A stretch of 59,649 nt of DNA. It comes from Felis catus (Eukaryota). A model generated the notes under the pieces. The model ran no database searches and was not told where the DNA came from. It saw only the letters and a list, made by a program, of their open reading frames with translations. Shown here one piece after another: positions 50,949-59,649 of the stretch; position 1 is the stretch's first letter; every line of letters starts with the position of its first letter. Location of the stretch: positions 1 through 59,649 of the forward strand of contig NW_025408533.1 in the NCBI RefSeq assembly GCF_018350175.1, read 5' to 3'. The translations under genes were made by a program, and so were the position numbers.

Positions 50949-52105
50949 TCACTGCTGCGGCTTTGTGAAAAAGGGGGGCATGATGATCTGCATGGCCCGT
51001 ATCACTAGGGAAAGCTGGCCAAGACAGGAGGTGATGGACATTTGGAGCTGGCCAGGGTCATCGGCAGTCAAGCGGCTACGAGGTAGGAAAAAATAAGTCA
51101 AGTTAGAGGGCCGGTGGGGCACATTCCCCGCTCCGCCCCTTCACACAGCAACGATCCTAGAGCACCACACTCCTTCCTTCGACTCACTCCTTTCCTGTTT
51201 CCCTTGTCTCCGTTACAGCTCCTCCGGAATTGACCTTGTCCCTGGTCACCTGCCACCACCCTCTCCCTGGACCGTTCTAGAACTAACACAGTCAGGATGC
51301 TGCCGTTCACATGGAGCTCCTCCCGAACTGGCTCCTGGAGCTCCTCGTTTGGAGTCAGGAACCTGTGGGCAATCTCCGCATCCATGGCCGAGGGGAAAGG
51401 TATAGTGAGGGTGCTGGTGGAGACTGGGTTAAGGCACCATCCACAGTACTAATTTTGCCTGTGCCTCAGGCCTCCTCTTCAGTGAGGCCTGCCTTCCCCA
51501 CCCCAGGCTGACCCTCAGGCTGTCCACAACCTCCCACCCTATACAGCCAGGCCACCCCGGATAGCATTGTCCCTACCGCTTCAGTCCCATCAGGCGGTCC
51601 ACCCCACTCCCCATCCTCTGTCAGCACGGGCCAAACCCTAGCCGATACCCTCCAGGTGCCCGGAGCTCCCTCCTGCTCCCCTTTCAACTCCACTTCCCCA
51701 AGTCTCCCCCCCACACCCCACCCCGCCGCGCGCCAGACCACCTCCAGCCCATCCCCCTGCCGTCCAGCCCGCTGGGACTCCTTGAATAGGATACAACTGA
51801 AGCAGTCGGTTACCAGGACCTCTAGCGCCAGGCGCGGCATCTCCACCAGGACCTGGTGTGTAGGGTGCCCGCTCCATTTGGAGAGCGCCACCAGAGGCGG
51901 CACCTACCTCTCCCACAATGCTGGTTCTTTCCGGATCGCTCAGGCCTCCGGGGTTGCTGGGATGGCCAGGGTCACAGGCACCACCCGAACCACCAGGGAC
52001 TCTGGGGCCACTGACACCACGAGGTCCACCTGGCACACACTGGCCACCACCTGCTGCGCCCACCACCACGCCCACGGCACCCGTGCCTTCGTCTGCTGCC
52101 CTCAC
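50949..52105 (-). CDS. CTAG-like: CTAG/LAGE3 family copy 2' (mirror); exons 51795-52105, 51288-51413, 50949-51075; GTG start or ATG at 51877
   Basis: Exons appear identical to copy 2. Confidence 0.82.
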
Positions 52106-52561
52106 GGGGCCTCCACCAGCCACCTGAGACCCAACTTTGAATCCGCCCACCCTCTCAAGGCATCACTGAAGGACAAAGCGCTCTCTCACAATGCTTCACC
52201 CCTTTACTCCACAATGCAATTCCGGATGCCCAGAGCAACTGTCCACACGGACCACTGGTAATGCCTCCTGACCTGTGATTGGTTCCCACCAAGCAGTCCC
52301 TTCTGTAGCCAATCAGTTCTCACCTATGAAGCTCCACCCCTTAGAGTGCCACGACACCCTAGGGCGTCTGCCCAAATGGGCACCCGCGTCGATGCGTCTG
52401 CCTGAACCAGCCGTGCCACGAGCCTTCGACGGCCCGCCAGCTGCGATATCCAGGAAGCCTCTGCCTGACACTACTCCCCACACGGTGGTGCGGCTCATGG
52501 TCCCCACTGTCCATGCCCAAACAGACTGCCATGGCCCAACTCCTAAAGCCTCTGAGCACGT

Positions 52562-52906
52562 GACTGAGCTGTGTAGAACTCCGTGACTCTATAGTCACGA
52601 ATCTGTACCTGAGCGTCTCCGAATAGGTCCTCAGGACAAGTGAGGAAAGTAAAGGCACAGCTGCCTTGTCCTGGAGGCAGGTGTCACAGCAAGAAGGTGG
52701 CCAGTGTCTAGAGCGGCCTGTGGCTGGTGGAAGCATTTCAATGAGCAGTGTCACCAAAGAGCGCCTCAGCCTGAGCCTCGGACTGTCTCTGTCTGCCCTG
52801 TTCTTTGTCACTGTCTACGGGGCAGGCAGCTCTCATCTCCGGGCACGGGCAGGAGGAACCTGCAGCCGGAAAACAAGGATCTTTCAACACATGCGTGTCT
52901 ATAAAC
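52562..52906 (-). repeat. 345-bp unit A' (mirror)
   Basis: Inverted relative to 49698-50042. Confidence 0.95.
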
Positions 52907-55099
52907 GAAGCACCGCATCGTTAGAATGAAAGATAAAAACCATATGATCATCTCCCTAGGTGCAGAAAACGCATTTGACAAAATAGAACATATTTCCATG
53001 ATAAAAACCCTCCACGAATGGGGGCAGAGAAAAGTTGTATAGCTCAATACCACAAAGCCCACATACGACAAAACCCACAGCTGACATCATACGCAACAGT
53101 GAGAGGTTGAAAGCTTTCCCTCTAGAATCAAGAACAAGGCAAGGCTGGTCAGAGACGTACCGGGTTAAATTTCAATCCTTGACGTTGAAATGTGTTGAGA
53201 ATTGGTCCGTGGCTCAGAAAATGCTTTATCTTGGCGAACATACTTGTACTTGAAAACAATGTGTAGTGGACACACATGTGAAATTCAGATCTCCTGTTTA
53301 GTGTTCTAAAGACATCGGTCAAGGTAGGTGATACCACTGATCGTATGTTCTATGTCGGGGGACAACAAACTTTTCACATAAAAGAGGCCCCGGGCTGGAT
53401 TTGGCCAGGAGGCGGTAGTTTGCCAATCCCTGCTCTATTTCTTTTAACAGAGTGTGTTGTCTCTCTCTCTCGCTTGCTGAGAGAGGATGTTAAAAACTCC
53501 AACCGTGATTTTGGACTTGTCCCTTTCACCTATTAATCTCAAAAATTCTTGCATCGCGCGTGTGTCTGCGTGCGTGCGTGTGTGTGTGTGTGCGTGTGTG
53601 TTAAGTTTATTTATTTTGAGAGAGGGGGAGAGAGAGAGCCAGTGGGGGAGGGGCAGAGACAGAGGGGGACAGAGGATCCAAAGCAGGCTCGGTGCCGACG
53701 GGCAGAGAGCCCGACGCTGGGCTGGAACTCACCAACGGTGACATCATGACCCGAGCCGAAGTCAGACGCTTACCGACTGAGTCACCCAGGCGCCCCGTGC
53801 ATTTTGAAGGTGTGTCATTAGGCACAGACATATTTATGATCATTTTCTCTTCCAGATGGATTCATTGCTGCTGTTACTAGTATGAAACGCATCCCTTCAT
53901 CTTTGGTAACACAGTTTTCCTCGAAGTCTGATTTCTCTAATATCGATATAACCACATCAGGCTTCTTTGCTCACTATTTATTCGTAAGTCCTTTTCCATC
54001 CTCTTACTTCTAACCTATTGGTGTCTTTGTATCTTGAATGTGGCTCACGTAGACAGCGTGTAGTTTGGTCACTTAAAGAAAGCACCCTTCTAACGATGTC
54101 TGCTTTTAAATTGGACTGTTTGGCAAACTCACATTTAATACGATTACCGATATGGTCGGATGTAAGTCTGCCATTTTGCTATTCAGTTTTTGTTTGTCCC
54201 TTCTCTTTTTTTGTTTTTGCTCAGCTTATTTGAGGCAAAATGCACGTATGGGAAGTTGCACACATTTAAGCGTACGGTTTCATGAGTTACGACAAAGGTG
54301 TCCACAGCCAAAGCCGAGATACAGAACATTCCCATCGCTCTCACAGTCGCCCTTGTGCCTCCGTGCAGACAATGTCCTCCTCTACAGTCTGCCCCCACAC
54401 AGCAAATTCAGCTTAGATTTTGCCTTTTCTGGAATTTCCAGGAATCACACAGTATGTCCATCCTTCTTTGTTGCTGACCGGTATTCCATTGCGTGGATGT
54501 ACCGTAACTTAGGCTTAACCACTCACCTGCTATTGGACGTTTGGCTTGTTTCCAAACTGCGGTTATTGTTAATCAAGTTGATACGAAGATTCACGTACAA
54601 GTCTTTGCACACACATATATTTTTAATTCCCTTGTGTAACTAGCAGAAGTGGGATTTCTGGGTCACATGGTAAGCGTAAGTGTGACTGTATAAGAAACGG
54701 AAGCACTGTTTTCCGATGTGATCATACCAATTTACAGTCCCACCAGTGACATGTGAACTTTCCATTGTGTCTGTATCCTCTTTTAGTCATCCTGTGTCTC
54801 CCGACTTTATTCCTCTTTTGCAAGTTCGAGCTGCCTATTCCAGGTTCTTTGCATTTGGATATACACTTTGGAATCAGCTTGTCCATTTCTGCGTTATCAC
54901 GATTTTTACTGGGTTTGCAATGAATTTCTAGAATGGTGTGGTGGGAGTGTACATCTTAAGAATACAGGGCCTTGGGGCACCTGGGTGGCTCAGTCGATTA
55001 AGCGTCTGACTCTTGATTACGGCTCAGGTCATGATCTCACGGTTTGTGAGACCGGGCCCAGAGTCGGGGTGTGCACTGACAGCTCCGAGCTTGCTTGGG

Positions 55100-55137
<38 letters not shown>

Positions 55138-58075
55138 CCTCCCTCCCTCTCTCGCTCCCTCTCTCTCTCTCTGCCCCTCCCCTGCTCATGCTCTCTCTGT
55201 CTCTTCCAAAATAAATAAATAAACGCTAAAAGAAAAAAGAATACAGGATCTTCCGCTCCACGCATAGGATGCGTTTCTCCATTTTTGTAAGCTTTCTTTC
55301 ACTTATCAATAGGTTTTAGTGTTCACCGTAAAGGTTTTGCACATATGTTATTACATGTGTCCCCAAATACTTCATGTTTGGGGATGCTATTATAAATGGT
55401 AGTGATTTTTTAAAATGTCACTCTTCTTTTTTTTGTACATCACTTAGGGGTTTCTACGTAAACAAGCATGTCATCTCTGAATAAAGATAATCCCTTTTCT
55501 TTTTTTGCAATCTGTGTCACTACTTTTATTCCTCTTTCTTGCCTAGTGCACTGCCTAGGATTTCCAGGACAGTGTTGAATGGAAGTGGTGAACATCCATA
55601 CCTTGTTTCTCAAACTTTGCGGGCGAGGGAGCGGGGGCGGTGATTCTATCTTTCACCATTAAGTATCATGTTAGCTGTAGGATTTTTGTAGGTTCCCTTT
55701 ATCAGATTAAGAACGTTTCCCTCTAGTCCTAGTTTTCCGAGAGTTTTTGTCACGAGTGGTTGTTGGATATTGTCTGATGCTTTTTTTCTGTGTCTGTTGA
55801 AATGATCACATGTTTTTTCTCCTTCATTTTCTTATTATGACAGATGACACTGATTGACTTTTTTGTTTTTAATGAAAACCAATTCTTGGGATAAACCCCA
55901 CTTGGCCATGATGGTATCATCCTCTTTGTATGTTGCTGGGTTGAATTTGCTAATATCGAATCAAGTTCTTTTGTGTGTGTGACTTCCTGAAGGATATTGC
56001 CCTGTGGTTTACTTTTCTTGCAATGTCTTCATCTGGTTTTGGGGTTGTGTAATGCTGGCCTCATAAGATGATTTGGGAAATGTTTCTCCTCCTTTGCTTC
56101 CTGAAAGCATTTGCGTAGGAGTGGTGATAGTTCTCCTTTAAGTATTTGGAGGTAGCCACTAGTAAACCCACGGGGGCCTGGAGTTTTTGGCTCCATTGCT
56201 TTCATAGATGTAGGGATATTCGGGTCTTCTATTTCTTCTTGAGTCAGTTTTGGTAAGTTGTGTCATTCAAGGAATTTGTCCATTTCATCTAAATTGGGAA
56301 ACTTACCCACAAATATTGTTCCTAATATTCCCTGGTTACACTTTATTTTTCAAAATCAGCTTTATTGGTATTTTTAGAAAAACATTTTTTTAACATGTAT
56401 TTATTTTTGCGACAGAGACAGAGCATGAATGAACAGGGGAGGGTCAGAGAGAGGGAGACACAGAATCTGAAACAGGATCCAGGCTCTGAGCTGTCAGCAC
56501 AGAGCCCGACGCGGGGCTCGAACTCACGGACCGCGAGATCATGACCTGAGCCGAAGTCGGTCGCTCAACCGACTGAGCCACCCAGGCGCCCCTGGTATGT
56601 TTTTTGTTTGTTTGTTTGTTTGTTTGTTTTAAAGAAGCTTTCAGGGACACCTGGGTGGCTCAGTCCGTTGAGCGTCCGACTTTGGCTCAGGTCACGATCT
56701 GGCAGTTGGTGAGTTCAGGCCCCACATGGGGCTCGCTGCTGTCAGCGCAGTTCACTTCAGATCCTCTGTCCCCCTCTCCCTGCCCCTCCCCCACATGCAC
56801 TCTCTCAAAAATGAATAAAACCTTTAAAAAGTGGGGGAGAGGGCGCCTGAGTGGCTCAGTCGGTTAAAGGTCTGACTTCGGCTCAGGTCATGATCTCACG
56901 GTCCGTCCGTCGGTTCGAGCCCCGCATCGGACTCTGTGCTGCCGGCTCAGAGCCTGGAGCCTGGAGCCTGTTGCGGATTCTGTGTCCCCCCTCTCTCTTT
57001 GCTCCTCCCCCACTCGCTCCCTGTCTCTCTCTGTGTCAAAAATAAACATTAAAACAGAAAAGAAAGAAAGGAAAAAAAGGCTTTCCGCTTCATGGATTTT
57101 CCTCTATTGTTTGTCCATTTAACGTTTTATTCATATCTCCTCTTAGCTTCATTATTTCTTTCCTACTGTGTATTTAGGTTTTGATTTTATGTCTTCTTCA
57201 CAAAGTGACCCCTCTATCGTTAGCAAACGTCCTCCACCCCATCGTATTCCTTGTCCTGAAGTCTGTTCTGCCTGCTCTTAATATAGCTACTCAAACTTTC
57301 TTATTAGAAGACTTGCATGGTGTATCTTTGCCCATCTTTTTACTTTTACCGTATCTGTGTCTTCATAGAGCACATTTCTTACGCGTAGCATATAGTTTTG
57401 CTTTGCCTTTTTATCCAGTCTGGCAATCTCCGTGTTTTAGTTGCCACGTTTAGACCATTTAGAATAAATGTAACGAGGGGTATCGTTGAGTTTCCATCTA
57501 CCATCCTGCTATTTATTTTCTGTTTGCCCCATGTGTTCTGCGTTCCCCTCTCTGTCTTTTCGCGACTCCTTTCAGATTGAGTAATTTCTAGAAATTCACT
57601 TTATCTCCGCCAGAGAAGTGTACATATTAACCCTAGGGTTCTAGGGATCCTAATATGTGTTTTACCTCATTATAGACCACCTTCAAGTAATTTCAAATCA
57701 CTTCGCACGTAACGTAAGAACATTACAGCAGTACCCTTCCAACCACCCACTGGTGTCCTTTGTGCTGTTGTTGTCATACCTTTTATTTCTATAGCAGTTA
57801 CACACCCCACGCCGTGTTGTCAATAATTTTGCTTTAGATGGTTTGCGACGATTGAGAGACATTTTGAAGGGAGAAAAAAATGTTTACATTTACCCACATA
57901 CTTTCCAGTTCTGGAACCCGCTTCATTACTTCATGTAGGTCCAAGTTCCCACGTGCTATCATCCTTGCTTGTGGAGAACAGCCTTTAACATTTGTTGTAG
58001 TGCAGGTTTTCCGCTGACAACGAGTTAATCTCAGCTTTTATATGTCTGAAAAAGTCTTTATTTTGCTTCCTTTTT
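52900..58075 (-). mobile_element. Mirror of the old L1 block, with Can-SINEs at ~53600-53797, 54973-55240, 56385-56591, 56644-56830 and 56841-57055
   Basis: Reverse complement of 11130-16300. Confidence 0.85.
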
Positions 58076-58924
58076 TCATGGAGGTAAAATCGAGATAACA
58101 TAAAATAAACCATCTGAGAGTGAACAGTCGAGTGGCATTTAGCACATTCCCATGTAAAAGGGTTGCCGAGCAGGGCTGGCACAATGAAGAGAGCAGCTGG
58201 GGAAATCGGACAAGCTAGCCTTGGATAGGAGGGCAGGGCTCTCTTCCACCGAGGCAGGGGATAGGCAAGGGCGTTTGCTGCTGTGGGCCAGTCCGAAGAT
58301 GTGATATGGGGCACGGAGCTGACAGACTTCTTGCCCGATGGTCAGAGAGGAGAGGAGAGGAGAGGAGAGGAGAGGAGAGGAGAGGAGAGGAGGGAGAGCG
58401 TATCACAGAGGGCCTGGTAGGTCGCCGGGGGGACTTTGGCTTTGACGCTGAGTGAGATGGGAGGCACTGAAAGGTTCAGAGCGGGAGGAGGAGGGACCTG
58501 ACTAGTGTCCTATCACTGCTCCTGAGTTGGGGCTCTGCTGGGTTGGTGAGGGTGAAATAAGGGGACCACTGCAGGTAATTACGAGGTCTAGGGTCCTTAT
58601 TCAGGTAGAAGCTTCTGAGGGACCGACTTTGATATCCTTGCAGGAGGTGCATGCACCGTGGCTTCAAGGTCTGTGCACCTTGTCTTGGTGTGGGGTTACC
58701 GATTCCATTCTACTGGCCTCGACCTTACCGCTGGCCTCCTGAACCTAGCCTCACTCCCCCAATTCTGAGTCTTATTTTCTTAAGCTTGAAACCTGTCTCT
58801 TTTTCTTGTTGTTGTTGTTGTCTCTGGACCTTCCCTCACCCCTGCTGCCTTGTGCAAATTGGAACTCCACACTTGGATCCTCATCTGACTCTGAGTTGGA
58901 CTCTACAGGTGCAGGTTTCTGCGC

Positions 58925-59649
58925 ATGGTTCCGGGCAGCTGGGGAATGAGACCCGAGTGTCGCTGTTCCTTCTGGAAGGGCTGGCCGACGCAGAGGAGTT
59001 GAGGCCCTTGCTCTTTGTGATCTTTCTGCTGGTCCACAGCGTGGCTGGGCATTGCCAGCCTTACTGTGATGGACTCCCGACTCCACACTCCCATGTACGA
59101 CTTCTTAGTCAACCTCTCACTGCTGGACACTGCCTATATCTCCAGCACGGGGCCTCAGGTGCTGGAACACCTGCTGGCAGCAGTGCGGACCGTGCCCTAT
59201 CGTGCTTGTCTTCCCCAGATCTTCTTTCTCCACTTCCTGGCTCCCTGGGAGTGCTTCCTGCTCACAGCCATGGCCTGTGACCGCTATGCAGCCATCGGCC
59301 GGCCACCGCACCACCTAGTCCTCTTGGGCCGTCGGACGGACCCGGGCAGGAATGGCTTCCACCTCCCGCCTGCTTGCCTTGGCCGATGCGTTCGCCCACA
59401 CCGTCCTTGCAGCTCCACTGAGGTTCTGCGGGCCTCGCCTCATCACCCACTTCTCCTGTGGCCTCCCTCCACTGACCAGACTCTCTTGCTCAAGCACGTG
59501 GGCCAGCGAGCTTGCCCTGTTCGTCTTCAGTTTCGTGGTGGCTCTTGCACCCCGTGCCCCGGTTGCGATCTCCTGTGTACGTGTTGTGGCTGCGATTCTC
59601 AGGATTCACTCCGCTGACGGCCGAAGAAAAGCCTTTTCCACCTGTGGTG
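58925..59649 (+). pseudogene. Mirror OR3-family olfactory receptor pseudogene, cut by the window end
   Basis: Same frameshifted motifs as 9560-10284. Confidence 0.92.

Larger units (their letters stand above)
41458..59649 (-). repeat. Right arm of large palindrome (runs off the window end)
   Basis: Reverse complement of 9560-27728. Confidence 0.98.

Noticed and set aside
41458-59649. Palindrome as a pure assembly artefact
   Set aside because: The arms differ by clustered transitions, multi-base indels and microsatellite lengths, and have distinct inner junctions. Not fully excluded without reads, since two haplotypes could be mis-joined.

Overview
Mammalian genomic DNA from a carnivore, most likely a felid (Can-SINEs and L1_Fc-type 3' ends). 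The gene fragments all come from the neighbourhood that is Xq28 in human. The window is dominated by a large palindrome: arms of at least 18 kb (9560-~27728 and ~41458-59649, running off the window end) around a ~13.7 kb spacer. The ORF track misses the main gene family. There are six three-exon genes, from four divergent paralogs, of the CTAG (NY-ESO-1)/LAGE3 (Pcc1, KEOPS subunit) family, and every one has a U12-type first intron. Two single-copy paralogs are ATG-initiated and have a poly(A) signal. The two paralogs carried on the palindrome arms keep open spliced frames but have GTG or ACG at the ancestral start. The arms are a mosaic of fragments: an OR3-family olfactory receptor pseudogene, SLC6A8 exons 4-5, the terminal exon and 3'UTR of PLXNA3, and a nested 345-bp inverted repeat around one CTAG gene. 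Also present are a longer frameshifted SLC6A8 duplicate (exons 4-11), processed pseudogenes of ILK and COX4I1, ERVL/MLT, L1 and SINE repeats, and a G-rich minisatellite at both arm/spacer junctions. Homologies were recognised by eye from remembered sequences; no database search was run.
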